A stretch of 64,000 nt of DNA from an uncultured virus (IMG/VR IMGVR_UViG_3300022914_000005) (IMGVR_UViG_3300022914_000005); one strand, 5' to 3'. Shown: positions 17,672 through 27,146, numbered from the stretch's first letter. The notes: generated by a model not told the origin, from the letters alone. Translations and numbers: made by a program.

Positions 17672-19468
17672 GTGGCAGTTCAGGTAGAACTAAGTCAAGA
17701 CGGCTCCTCAATTCACATTCATGCTGAGTGGCGATACAAAGAGCTATGTAAGAGCATCCCCGGCGCGTCGTGGGCTGCAAAAGATGGTGTTTGGAAGGTT
17801 CCTACAAGTTGGGCCTCGTGCTTGGCACTGCGATCTGTCTTTCGCGAAGAACTTGAGATCGGTAGCAGACTAACAGACTGGGCAGTCAATGAGCGCACGT
17901 CACGAGTAGACCCGTGTAATTCACTCCGTGAGCTCGAGGCACTTCCAGACGGCGACGGCTACAATGAAGATCTGTTCCCGCACCAGCGCGCTGGAGTCGA
18001 GTTTCTCGCTGCTGCACGTCGCGCGCTTCTCGCCGATGAGCCGGGGCTAGGAAAAACAGCACAGGCTATTCGAGGATTAAAGAAAATCCAAGATCTCGGT
18101 GATGAGGTATTCCCGGCTCTCATCGTTTGCCCGAACACCGTCAAGAAAACTTGGAAACGCGAGTTTTCTCTTTGGTGGCCAGAGGTAAACGTTCAGGTTA
18201 TCGCCGGGTCTGCGGCTCAGAGACGCAAGCAGTTTGAAGAAGAAGCAGACGTCTACGTGATCAACTGGGAATCTCTTCGAGCGCACTCAAGGCTTGCGCC
18301 ATACGGGTCTGTTGCGCTTGCTCGATGCGTTGAGTGCGGGGGTCACGACGACAAAGTCAGTGAGACTCGTTGCGAGGTCCACCAACGTGAGCTAAATCAG
18401 ATTGATTTCAAGGCGGTTGTAGCCGACGAGATCCACAGATCGAAGGACCCAAAGAGCAAGCAGACGCGTGCGCTATGGTCTGCGACTGGCGAGGCCGACA
18501 TTAGATTCGCGATGACTGGCACTCCAATCGCTAATGACGTTCTTGATTTTTGGCCGATTCTGCATTGGATTTCCCCCGAGGAGTGGCCGAGCAAGACTAG
18601 GTGGATCGACAGAATGGTCGACATCATGCTCAACGCATTTGGTGGCATGATGGTTCTTGGCGTAAAGCCGCACATGCGCGATGAGTTCTACGCCGCAATC
18701 AACCCGAGGATGCGTAGGATGCTTAAAGAGCGCGTGCTCCCATGGCTCCCGCCCGTAATCATGGACAGACGCGATGTCGAGATGTCGGCTAAGCAACGAA
18801 AAGCGTACACTCAGATGCAGGAAGTAATGATCGCCGAACTGGAGCACGGCGATGCTATTACTGCGCCAAGTCCGTTGACACAGACACTTCGTCTACTTCA
18901 ATTTGCAAGCTCTTTTGCGGAGATAGACGTAGACGAAATGACTGGAGAAATCCAAGTAAAGCTCGCTGAGCCATCGTGCAAGGTCGACGCGTTGATGGAC
19001 GATATACAGAACGGAGACTTTGGAGATGACTCAGTTGCCGTCTGCGCTGTTTCTAGGCAGCTAATTGAACTGCTGAGCGCGCGCCTAGAAAAAGCCAAAA
19101 TTCCTCACGGGCTAATCACAGGCGCACAGGACGAAGACGAGCGTCAGCAGGCAATTGATGATTTCCAAGAAGGAAGAATCAAGTGGATTCTCTTCACCGC
19201 GCAGGCGGGTGGCGTTGGAGTGACGTTGACTGCTGCTCGGCGGCTTATCATGCTTCAGCGCCCGTGGTCACTTGTCGACTACAAACAGGCACTAGACAGA
19301 GTTCATCGCATCGGGTCAGAGATTCACGACTCTATTTTGATCACGGACTACGTTACCGAGGGCACTATTGAGGAGAGAGTCATTGACGTGCTGGACGTAA
19401 AATCTGAGAACTTTGAAGAAGTCGTTCAAGATAAAGCAAAGCTTCTCAAGATGCTAAAGGGAGAGTGA
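17672..19468 (+). CDS. SNF2-family (SF2) DNA helicase
   Basis: LLADEPGLGKT, VADEIH, MTGTP, AGGVGVTLT, QALDRVHRIG. Confidence 0.92.
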   Translation: MAVQVELSQDGSSIHIHAEWRYKELCKSIPGASWAAKDGVWKVPTSWASCLALRSVFREELEIGSRLTDWAVNERTSRVDPCNSLRELEALPDGDGYNEDLFPHQRAGVEFLAAARRALLADEPGLGKTAQAIRGLKKIQDLGDEVFPALIVCPNTVKKTWKREFSLWWPEVNVQVIAGSAAQRRKQFEEEADVYVINWESLRAHSRLAPYGSVALARCVECGGHDDKVSETRCEVHQRELNQIDFKAVVADEIHRSKDPKSKQTRALWSATGEADIRFAMTGTPIANDVLDFWPILHWISPEEWPSKTRWIDRMVDIMLNAFGGMMVLGVKPHMRDEFYAAINPRMRRMLKERVLPWLPPVIMDRRDVEMSAKQRKAYTQMQEVMIAELEHGDAITAPSPLTQTLRLLQFASSFAEIDVDEMTGEIQVKLAEPSCKVDALMDDIQNGDFGDDSVAVCAVSRQLIELLSARLEKAKIPHGLITGAQDEDERQQAIDDFQEGRIKWILFTAQAGGVGVTLTAARRLIMLQRPWSLVDYKQALDRVHRIGSEIHDSILITDYVTEGTIEERVIDVLDVKSENFEEVVQDKAKLLKMLKGE

Positions 19469-19469
19469 C

Positions 19470-20420
19470 ATGACAGTTCTAGAGACTCCGGTAGAAATCA
19501 AGCCAATACGCATATCCAACTCCGAGATTCAAACGTTTAAAGACTGTAGAAGAAAGTGGTGGCTAAGCTACTATAGAAGACTTCAGCCACGTGCACAAAA
19601 ATACACTGGCCCACTGGCGCTCGGCACCAGGGTCCATGCGGCTCTAGACGAGTACTACTCGCAAGGAGTACCGCTTCTTGAGTCGTACGCAAAGTACGTC
19701 GAGATCGACAAGCAAGCGCTCATTGACTCGTTTAGGGACACAGTTGAACTTGACACTGAAGCCGAACTCGGCAGAATCATGCTTGAGGGCTACCTCGAGT
19801 GGGTAGAGGAAAACGGAATTGACGCAGAACTAGAGATGATCTCGACTGAGGAGATCATCAGCATGCCACTCTTCGATGGCAGAGTCGAGTTGCAGGGAAA
19901 ACTTGACATGCGAGTCCGCAGAAAGGCGGACGGTGTTCGACTGTTTAGAGACTTCAAGACAGTCGGTGGCTCGTTTGCAGAGTTCGCCAGTCTTGCTCAC
20001 ATGAATGAGCAGATTCTTACGTACATGCTTCTTGAAGCGTATCAGAACAAAGATGGCGAGCGCTGCGACGGTGGCATCTTTACGATGCTCAAGAAGGTGA
20101 AAAGAACTGCTAATGCAAAGCCTCCGTTCTACGATCAGATAGAGGTTCGGCATAATCAGTTTACGCTAAGAACTTTTTGGAATCGCATACACGGAGTAAT
20201 TCAAGACATGCTTCGAGTACGTGACGCTCTTGACGAAGGCTCTGACCCGCACTACGTTGCGTACCCGAGCCCCAGCCGAGATTGCAAGTGGAAATGTCAG
20301 TTTTTCGCTGTGTGCCCGCTGTTTGACGACGGTAGCGCAGCAGAGCAAGCACTTGAGGAGCTTTTCATTACAGATGACCCGTACAGCTATTATCAGACAA
20401 ATGAGCCGAAAGGTAACTAA
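19470..20420 (+). CDS. PD-(D/E)XK (Cas4/RecB-like) exonuclease
   Basis: ISNSEI..CRRKW, GTRVH, GKLD, RDFKT, C-terminal CKWKC..C. Confidence 0.85.
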   Translation: MTVLETPVEIKPIRISNSEIQTFKDCRRKWWLSYYRRLQPRAQKYTGPLALGTRVHAALDEYYSQGVPLLESYAKYVEIDKQALIDSFRDTVELDTEAELGRIMLEGYLEWVEENGIDAELEMISTEEIISMPLFDGRVELQGKLDMRVRRKADGVRLFRDFKTVGGSFAEFASLAHMNEQILTYMLLEAYQNKDGERCDGGIFTMLKKVKRTANAKPPFYDQIEVRHNQFTLRTFWNRIHGVIQDMLRVRDALDEGSDPHYVAYPSPSRDCKWKCQFFAVCPLFDDGSAAEQALEELFITDDPYSYYQTNEPKGN

Positions 20421-20423
20421 CAC

Positions 20424-21173
20424 ATGAGTGGTATTCAACGGTCGTTGACCATTATGGTCTACGGCGAGTCAAAGGTCGGAAAGTCGACATTCGCAGTGAC
20501 AGCACCGTACCCGCGTCTCATGCTCGACGTGGAGGGCGGACACAGATTCCTCCCGATCAACGTAAAGTACTGGGACCCGATGCGCGAGGAGCCTCCTGTA
20601 GCAGATGGAAGCTGGGACACGTGCGTTGTCAACGTGACCGAGTACGACACTGTTCTCAAGGCGTACCAGTGGCTGCAGCTCGGTAAGCATCAGTTCAAGT
20701 CGCTGATCATCGACTCGATCTCAGAGCTCCAGGTAAAGTGCGTCGACAGCATTGCTGGAAAGAATCAAATGCAGATGCAACAGTGGGGCGAGCTTCTTCG
20801 TCACATGGGCGGTCTGCTTCGAGATCTCCGCGATCTTACGATGCACCCAGTCGCGCCTCTGGAGGCGATCGTACTTACCGCGATGGCAAGAATGGGTCAA
20901 GACGGTCGCTATCGTCCGTACCTCCAGGGGCAGCTTGCCATTCAGGCACCGTACTTCTACGACATTCTCGGCGCGGTTACCGTCGAGACATTCCCAAATC
21001 CTGACCCAACGCAGCCGCCAATCAAGGCGCGTCAAATGTACGTCGAGCGTACTAGCGACTACGAGGCAGGCGAGCGTGTTCAGGGACGACTTGGTAAAGT
21101 CGTCGATCAACAGAATCTCAGCGTCGAGTCGATGCTGGACATTGTCTTCGGCCCTCGGCCGAGTGAAAGCTAA
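20424..21173 (+). CDS. AAA_24/Sak4-like P-loop ATPase
   Basis: VYGESKVGKST, LDVEGG, IIDSIS; located between the nuclease and SSB. Confidence 0.8.
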   Translation: MSGIQRSLTIMVYGESKVGKSTFAVTAPYPRLMLDVEGGHRFLPINVKYWDPMREEPPVADGSWDTCVVNVTEYDTVLKAYQWLQLGKHQFKSLIIDSISELQVKCVDSIAGKNQMQMQQWGELLRHMGGLLRDLRDLTMHPVAPLEAIVLTAMARMGQDGRYRPYLQGQLAIQAPYFYDILGAVTVETFPNPDPTQPPIKARQMYVERTSDYEAGERVQGRLGKVVDQQNLSVESMLDIVFGPRPSES

Positions 21174-21198
21174 CAACAACAACAACACCAAAGGATAG

Positions 21199-21804
21199 GT
21201 GATAGACATGACTAGCCTCAACTGGGGTGACCTCATCAGCGAAGCAGGGGATGTTGGCTACGAGCCACTTCCCGACGGCGACTACGATCTCAAGATCGTG
21301 GAGGCAAACGCCAAGGTGACTCAGACTGGAAAGACGATGTTCGCAGTCAAGGCGCAGGTTACGACTGGCGCCCACGCGAAGCGTCTCGTCTGGGACAATC
21401 TCGTCGTTTCGACCGACAACCCGAACGCTCTCGCGATCTTCTTCAGGAAGATGGGAGCTCTCGGTCTCGGTCGTGACTTCTTCTCAACCAACCCGAGCAA
21501 CGCTCAGATCGAGCAGGCGCTTGTAGATCGCCCGTTCCGCGGGCAGGTTGGCAGCCGCACTTGGCAGGGCCAGAAGAAGAACGAGATCAAGGCGTACTAC
21601 TCGGCCAATCCGGCGAACGCCGTTGCCGCGTCTGCCCCTCCCGCCGCAGCTGCGGCCCCTCCCGCTGCTGCGCCAGCGCCGCCCACGGCGCCGGCTCCGG
21701 CTCCGGCCGCGCCGGTCGCTGCGCCAGAGGCCGCGCCTGTTGCGGAAGCAGCGCCCGCTGCTGCTGAGGCAGCCCCCTCAGCGCCGCCTGCTGCGCCGTT
21801 CTGA
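21199..21804 (+). CDS. Single-stranded DNA-binding protein (DUF669-like)
   Basis: YEPLPDGDY..VWDNLV..NEIKAY core, Ala/Pro tail ending PF; ATG 21208 is an alternative start. Confidence 0.75.
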   Translation: MIDMTSLNWGDLISEAGDVGYEPLPDGDYDLKIVEANAKVTQTGKTMFAVKAQVTTGAHAKRLVWDNLVVSTDNPNALAIFFRKMGALGLGRDFFSTNPSNAQIEQALVDRPFRGQVGSRTWQGQKKNEIKAYYSANPANAVAASAPPAAAAAPPAAAPAPPTAPAPAPAAPVAAPEAAPVAEAAPAAAEAAPSAPPAAPF

Positions 21805-21808
21805 TAGC

Positions 21809-21866
21809 TGTAGGTGAGTCGCCCGCTCCGTCTTCAGGGGCGGGCGGCTAGCCTGCAATTTCTTTT
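21809..21866 (+). terminator. Intrinsic terminator-like hairpin after ssb
   Basis: agtcgcccgctcc / ggggcgggcggct GC-rich stem followed by atttctttt. Confidence 0.7.
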
Positions 21867-21878
21867 CTAAGGACACAA

Positions 21879-23081
21879 ATGCGTATTCTAATGACAGGTT
21901 TTACCGCTCTGCAAATAAACACAGAGCGTAGAACGATCAAGAAGATCGACGTGCCAGCGTCTATTGCCGAAGCACTCGAGTCTCGAGGGCACTCTGTCGA
22001 CTGGAGAAGAGTGACTCCCGGGGAAGATCTCTCATCATACGACGTCGCCTGGGTAAACCTTGCGCCGCTAAACTCGCTGAACGGTCGCCAGGGCGCGATG
22101 GGTGCGCTGTACACGCTCTCCTCTGGTCTGCCCGCCGTTGGATTCTTCGATGACTGGCAATTCGCCGCAGTGTTTAACGCGTCACGAGCGTTGAAGCGAC
22201 ATCCAGAGCTTCTGTATAAGTATCTATTGTCTGGGCCGAGAGGCGATGAGCCGGCGACGTACTACTCGTATGATGACGCGAAGGCAGCACTTGATCGCGT
22301 CGCGGCGAAGAACCCTGAGGACGCAGCGAAATGCGGTCTTGGGCGGTACTTCTTCAATGACACTGACGAGAACATCAAGCTTTACGAAAACCAACTTGTC
22401 GCTGCTGGAGAGTCTATGCTCGCTGAGCGCTGGGCAGCAGGCCTTGTTCCGGCGTGCCCAATGTACGCGTTTGGTGATAGGCAGCTCGTAAGAAAGCGAA
22501 TGCCTAAGGAAATGAATGGCATAGAAGCGCTCGACCCGAGCTCGACTATCTATAACATCCTAGCGAGCAGCGAGCCGCTGCCACCGGAGAGCAAGCAGAG
22601 ATCGTGGGTTCTCGGCGCGCTGATGCCGCACGATACGTGGCTAGAAAAGAAGAAGCCCGAGTGGCCGGTAGAAATCATCGGAAGCAGAAAGCTTATTAAG
22701 AAGTTCGGCGGGCAGCGTCTTGACACGGAAGAAGACGTTCTAGCGTTCTACAACAATCACTGGGGGATTCTGTCTCCGCCGTATCCACACGCTGGCAGCG
22801 GTTGGTGGAGAAGCAGATTTATGTACGCCGCTCGAGTTAGGTCTATTCTTGTAGTAGATAAAGGCGAAGGCGACCCTATCGGTGACGCGTACAAAATCAC
22901 AATCAAACAAGTCGAGAGTATGAGCGACGCTGAGCTCGAGGAAACTGCCAGAGCGCAGGCCGAGTCTCTTCGCCCGTACATGCCAAGCTACGATTCTTTT
23001 GTAGATCACTGCGAAAGAATTGTTCTTAGGGCGATCAACGAAGACAAAGGTTTGAAGATACACCCAGACGGAAGTAGATGA
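21879..23081 (+). CDS. Putative GT-B DNA glycosyltransferase (T4 BGT-like), 400 aa
   Basis: N-terminal MRILMTG Rossmann strand, FFDDWQ, and GILSPPY..GWWRSRFMYAA..ILVVD resembling the BGT nucleotide-sugar segment; DNA-modification context. Confidence 0.6.
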   Translation: MRILMTGFTALQINTERRTIKKIDVPASIAEALESRGHSVDWRRVTPGEDLSSYDVAWVNLAPLNSLNGRQGAMGALYTLSSGLPAVGFFDDWQFAAVFNASRALKRHPELLYKYLLSGPRGDEPATYYSYDDAKAALDRVAAKNPEDAAKCGLGRYFFNDTDENIKLYENQLVAAGESMLAERWAAGLVPACPMYAFGDRQLVRKRMPKEMNGIEALDPSSTIYNILASSEPLPPESKQRSWVLGALMPHDTWLEKKKPEWPVEIIGSRKLIKKFGGQRLDTEEDVLAFYNNHWGILSPPYPHAGSGWWRSRFMYAARVRSILVVDKGEGDPIGDAYKITIKQVESMSDAELEETARAQAESLRPYMPSYDSFVDHCERIVLRAINEDKGLKIHPDGSR

Positions 23082-24103
23082 TGAAAAACATCGCGGTGAC
23101 TGGGATGACAGCATCTCAGTACTCAAGATCGCGCAATTCATCGTCACTAAGCTTTGTCGCCTGTCTAAGCGACGCTGCTACCATGTATGGAGACGACGTC
23201 CGTGTTTCGTGGATAAAGCCGTCTGTCTCTCACGCGCAAAGCGACTTTGAAGAATACGATGCGATACTTGTCGGTCTTTCTCCTCTTCTAAGTCTTGCTT
23301 CTCACTGCGCGTACGGCGTTCTTAATGTCGTCGGCATGCTAAAGGGCGATCAACGACTGCACTTCTATATTGACGCTCCTGACCCGGCAAAGATACGTCA
23401 AAGTCTGAGCGCGATTGTAAAGACGCCAGAGTCGTTGAAAAAGCCGATCTATAAGAATAGAAACGAGTACTCTAAAGTTTCTGGCTCAAGTGAGATTGTA
23501 GACAGGCTCGCTGAGTCTGCTGAGTATCTGTATTCAGACAAAAACTACAGAGTGCTGTACCCAGCGTTCTCGTTCACAGACGACGTTCACGTATCAAGAA
23601 AGTTGTTCGGGGAGGACTCGCTGAGAATGGTTCCGTTCAACTTCGATGCTCTATACACGAGGCAGGAAGTTGACGCAGTAATTTCAGCGGAGAAAAGCAA
23701 GCTATGGCTTGTAGAAAATCACAAGACGCGCTGGTTTGAGAGAATGAAAAATCTTCTTTCATATGACTGGGAACCGGTCAAAATTAAAAGAATGCAGCCG
23801 GACACCGTGTCACTAGACAGAATTTGCAGATCCACGGGAACAATCATATGCCCGCAAAACGACTCAATTACGTGGTGGACGTACAGATTAGTGCAATCTT
23901 TAGCAGCTCTAGTCCCGGTTTGTACAGAATGGCGAGATACAATCTCTATCGGGCAGTCATGGTCTGCCATACCGCAGGCCGTCGAGTCGATGAGCATAGC
24001 GGAGAGATACTCTCTAGCATTAGAACAACTGGAGCAATACTCTCTATCTATTAGAGACGCAGAGACAGAGACATCTAGACTATTTAAGGAGCTTTCACTC
24101 TAA
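23078..24103 (+). CDS. Second putative GT-B glycosyltransferase, paralog of the upstream gene, 341 aa
   Basis: IAVTGMTASQ vs ILMTGFTALQ; YDAILVGLSPLLSL vs YDVAWVNLAPLNSL; TWWTYRL vs GWWRSRF. Confidence 0.55.
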   Translation: MMKNIAVTGMTASQYSRSRNSSSLSFVACLSDAATMYGDDVRVSWIKPSVSHAQSDFEEYDAILVGLSPLLSLASHCAYGVLNVVGMLKGDQRLHFYIDAPDPAKIRQSLSAIVKTPESLKKPIYKNRNEYSKVSGSSEIVDRLAESAEYLYSDKNYRVLYPAFSFTDDVHVSRKLFGEDSLRMVPFNFDALYTRQEVDAVISAEKSKLWLVENHKTRWFERMKNLLSYDWEPVKIKRMQPDTVSLDRICRSTGTIICPQNDSITWWTYRLVQSLAALVPVCTEWRDTISIGQSWSAIPQAVESMSIAERYSLALEQLEQYSLSIRDAETETSRLFKELSL

Positions 24104-24576
24104 TGAACATTCTATTTAATCAGTGGCTTGAAAAGACAAAGAAGCTTCAATCAGAAGTCTACGGTGTAGATTACTCCGTGTTTCATAGCGACAGCCCAGA
24201 AGATCTTCGAGCGCTTATCGAGTACATCCGCTGGAACATGCTTGCTATTGATGACGAGCTCTCGGAGGTTCGCAAGGCGATTTCTTGGAAGCCTTGGCAG
24301 CACGACGAGCCGTACGCTGATCGCCGCGAGATTCTCAAGGAATGCGTAGACGTTCTTCATTTTGTCGCTAACATTCTCTGCGCCGCTGGTGCACTTGATG
24401 AAGATCTTGATTCTGAGTACATCGCAAAGATGCAAATCAACGCGAATAGACAGAAGGCCGGGTACAGAGTTCTTGATGACGGCATGAAGTGCAAACTGTG
24501 CGCGCGTGCCTTAGACGACTACGACACCTCCTCGTGTAAGGAAGACGGGTGCCCGCAGCGTCATGGAGTCGTCTGA
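24103..24576 (+). CDS. All-alpha dNTP pyrophosphatase (dimeric dUTPase/dCTPase, MazG superfamily)
   Basis: DELSEV..WKPW..KECVDVLHF motifs; C-terminal Cys cluster. Confidence 0.85.
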   Translation: MNILFNQWLEKTKKLQSEVYGVDYSVFHSDSPEDLRALIEYIRWNMLAIDDELSEVRKAISWKPWQHDEPYADRREILKECVDVLHFVANILCAAGALDEDLDSEYIAKMQINANRQKAGYRVLDDGMKCKLCARALDDYDTSSCKEDGCPQRHGVV

Positions 24577-24808
24577 GTTCGCGTGGGTTGATGTTTCAGC
24601 CCAGACAATCAAGCAAGGTGACGTACTGCGAGTAAAGCTCGATGCGTACACGACTTCTGCTGGAAAAATGCACAACGGGCGGCTAGTTCGAGTAAGAGAA
24701 GTAAAAGACGGAGACGTAAGAGTACACACTATTGACTTAAAGACACCACATATCAACGACGCGAGGCACGCGCCTCATCGTCTTGAACGGAAGGTAAGCG
24801 TTTTATGA
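24563..24808 (+). CDS. Hypothetical protein, 81 aa
   Basis: Coupled ORF; IKQGDVLRVK suggests an SH3/KOW-like barrel. Confidence 0.65.
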   Translation: MESSEFAWVDVSAQTIKQGDVLRVKLDAYTTSAGKMHNGRLVRVREVKDGDVRVHTIDLKTPHINDARHAPHRLERKVSVL

Positions 24809-24999
24809 GAGCAATAGTAAGATTTACAGCCGTCGGTAGTGACATCGAAGAGCTGCTATCAAAACTTAGAGAAGAATGGGCGTCGCTGTCAAATGGAAAA
24901 GACTTCCCAAGAGACAGCTCGATTGACATAGACAAGTTAGAAGAAACTGACGAAAAATACAGGGCCGTGTGCACCGCTCGAGTTAATATAGAAACCTGA
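24805..24999 (+). CDS. Hypothetical protein, 64 aa
   Basis: ATGA coupling; fills the operon gap. Confidence 0.6.
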   Translation: MRAIVRFTAVGSDIEELLSKLREEWASLSNGKDFPRDSSIDIDKLEETDEKYRAVCTARVNIET

Positions 25000-25004
25000 G
25001 GAAA

Positions 25005-25313
25005 ATGACAAAAAAGATTGAAACCACGAGCGAGTCTCCAAGAGAGAAGATGCTTTCGGAGGCAGCAAAAATTATCTCTGGAGAGCGTGATCTTCAGTAC
25101 GGCGGACCGGAAGACAATTTCCAAAGAATCGCGTCGCTATGGTCAGTCATTTTTGACAGAGACTTCAGCAAAGAAGATGTCGCAATGGCAATGATCGCAG
25201 TAAAACTCGCGCGATTTTCTTCCAACTACGGATTTCAACCAGACACCTGGACGGACATCGCGGGGTACGCGGCGTGCGGTTACGAGGTCGGGTTGATCGA
25301 CTCAGGAGAGTGA
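25005..25313 (+). CDS. DUF6378-like protein
   Basis: R..YG.PEDNF.RIA.LW..K.AR..DTWTDIAGYA pattern. Confidence 0.8.
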   Translation: MTKKIETTSESPREKMLSEAAKIISGERDLQYGGPEDNFQRIASLWSVIFDRDFSKEDVAMAMIAVKLARFSSNYGFQPDTWTDIAGYAACGYEVGLIDSGE

Positions 25314-25314
25314 C

Positions 25315-26562
25315 ATGAGCACGAAAAAGTTTATCGACTGCAACGGCCTCGCTGGCTTCATGAGCCTTGGCTTTGTAAACTCCGGAATGGAGATGCTGGC
25401 AAGGACTGGGACGTTGAACTTCGGTAATCCAGTTGCAGAAGTGAATAGACATCATCTCGGCAACTCGTGGAACTCGTCATTCTCCGATGATCCGAGCGAC
25501 TGGCCTGATATGGAAGCAGACATTGTTCTCGGCTGCCCGCCGTGCTCTGGATGGTCTCTATGGTCTGGCCCGGCAAACCGCGGGCCTGATGCTAAGGCTC
25601 ACGAGCATACTCGCGCGTTCATGAGATACGCAGCTCGCATCAAGCCGAAGATGATTGTCTTTGAATGTGTGCAGCAAGCGTACACTCAAGGACGACCAAT
25701 GATGAATCAGTATCGTCAAATGGTAGAGGATCTCTCAGGCAAGCAGTACGATCTCTATCACGTCAAGCACAACAATCTCCAGGTCGGCGGATTCTCATAT
25801 CGCATGCGGTACTTCTGGGTTGCTGTTGAAAAAGGCATGCCGTTTGGCGCTCACGCTGAGACGCCTAGCGAGATGCCTAGAATGATAGACGTAATTGGTG
25901 ACCTCGAGCACTGCGAGATCACGTGGGACCGACAGGCGTACTCCAACGACGGGTCGAAGTACGTTGCCGATCTCAGAAACCAAGACGGTACTGTTGACGG
26001 TCACATGAACAAGACAAATCTCGAGTCGCAGAGAATTCAAGAAATCTTTGACATCATCGGCAACGATGGTTGGAAGCCGATGAAGCAGATGAACGAGGCT
26101 CTTAAGCTCGCCGTCGAGATGAACGGAGGGTACTTTCCACAGAGCTGGAGCAACAAAGAAGACAAGATTCGCGCCAATGACTTCTACATGGGGTTCTCAC
26201 TCCCAGCAAGATGGGACGCTGAATCTTTCTGCCACGTGCTCACCGGTAGCGCGCTCGATCACGTCGTGCACCCAACGCAGCCGAGAAGAATCACTCACAG
26301 GGAGGCGGCAAGAATTCAAGGCCTTCCCGATGATTGGGAAATCGTCGCCGCGAAGGACTACACCCCGCAGAGCGCGACTTGGGGCAAGGCAGTGGCGGTG
26401 CAGGCGGCTAACTGGATCGGAGAGGCCTGCTCAGCGGCCTTAGACGGCCAGCCAAACGGTCCACAGGGTGAATTGATTGGTGATCGCGAATACCTTCTCG
26501 ACACTGACAAGGGCTTTAGTAGAAACTTCGTCAAGAAGAACTTCTACCAGCGAGAAGACTAA
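25315..26562 (+). CDS. C5-cytosine-methyltransferase-fold protein with non-canonical SAM-binding motifs
   Basis: Motif IV GCPPCSG, VI FECV, VIII RMRYF, IX REAARIQGLPDDW; motif I DCNGLAGF and motif X WGKAV deviate from consensus. Confidence 0.8.
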   Translation: MSTKKFIDCNGLAGFMSLGFVNSGMEMLARTGTLNFGNPVAEVNRHHLGNSWNSSFSDDPSDWPDMEADIVLGCPPCSGWSLWSGPANRGPDAKAHEHTRAFMRYAARIKPKMIVFECVQQAYTQGRPMMNQYRQMVEDLSGKQYDLYHVKHNNLQVGGFSYRMRYFWVAVEKGMPFGAHAETPSEMPRMIDVIGDLEHCEITWDRQAYSNDGSKYVADLRNQDGTVDGHMNKTNLESQRIQEIFDIIGNDGWKPMKQMNEALKLAVEMNGGYFPQSWSNKEDKIRANDFYMGFSLPARWDAESFCHVLTGSALDHVVHPTQPRRITHREAARIQGLPDDWEIVAAKDYTPQSATWGKAVAVQAANWIGEACSAALDGQPNGPQGELIGDREYLLDTDKGFSRNFVKKNFYQRED

Positions 26563-26633
26563 GTCGTTCTAAAGAAAGCGCCATTTGATATAGTGGCGGC
26601 AGACAGTAGCTGTCAACTAATACGGAGCGACGC

Positions 26634-27146
26634 ATGCAATCATTTCTAGTCTCGACTGACTCGTTTGAGACAACAGCAAAAGTACTAGACAACAAGCGCC
26701 TGCATAAGCAGACTCTTGAGGCATGGCAGTGCTTGCTAACAATCTCTGGCCTAGACCCAGAGGGCAACGACCGAAACCCTAAGGGCTGGGTGAATCACCC
26801 AGTTGTAAAAATGTGGCGCGGCTACGAGACAGTGTTTGTCTCATACATCTCGGCTACGTACTTCGAGTGGCGATCGCGCGGGTACAAATCAACTCTTCTT
26901 GAGAAAACGTACAGAACGTACGATCTAGCAGTCTCACTAGGCCGTGTCTCTTCCGAGTATCGACTCCCACCATGGATGCAAGACTCTACGTACTTTAGCA
27001 GCCTATGTTCTACTCATCGGACCGCACTCCTGTGCAAGAACTACGAGTGGTACCATCAGTTCGGCTGGCCAGAGGACTCGGGGACTGCACCAGAGACGTA
27101 CGAGTACTTGTGGCCTCATCAAGACGGCTACGTCATCGCCGGCTAA
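26634..27146 (+). CDS. Pyrimidine-dimer DNA glycosylase-like protein (DenV/MSMEG_6728 family)
   Basis: MQSFL..LDNKRLHKQTLE..GW.NHP..MWRGYE..LPPW..HR..L..K..EWY. Confidence 0.8.
   Translation: MQSFLVSTDSFETTAKVLDNKRLHKQTLEAWQCLLTISGLDPEGNDRNPKGWVNHPVVKMWRGYETVFVSYISATYFEWRSRGYKSTLLEKTYRTYDLAVSLGRVSSEYRLPPWMQDSTYFSSLCSTHRTALLCKNYEWYHQFGWPEDSGTAPETYEYLWPHQDGYVIAG

Noticed and set aside
19470..20420. Cas4-like nuclease as a sign of a CRISPR-Cas system
   Set aside because: No repeat-spacer array or other cas genes; it sits in the standard nuclease-ATPase-SSB recombination module.
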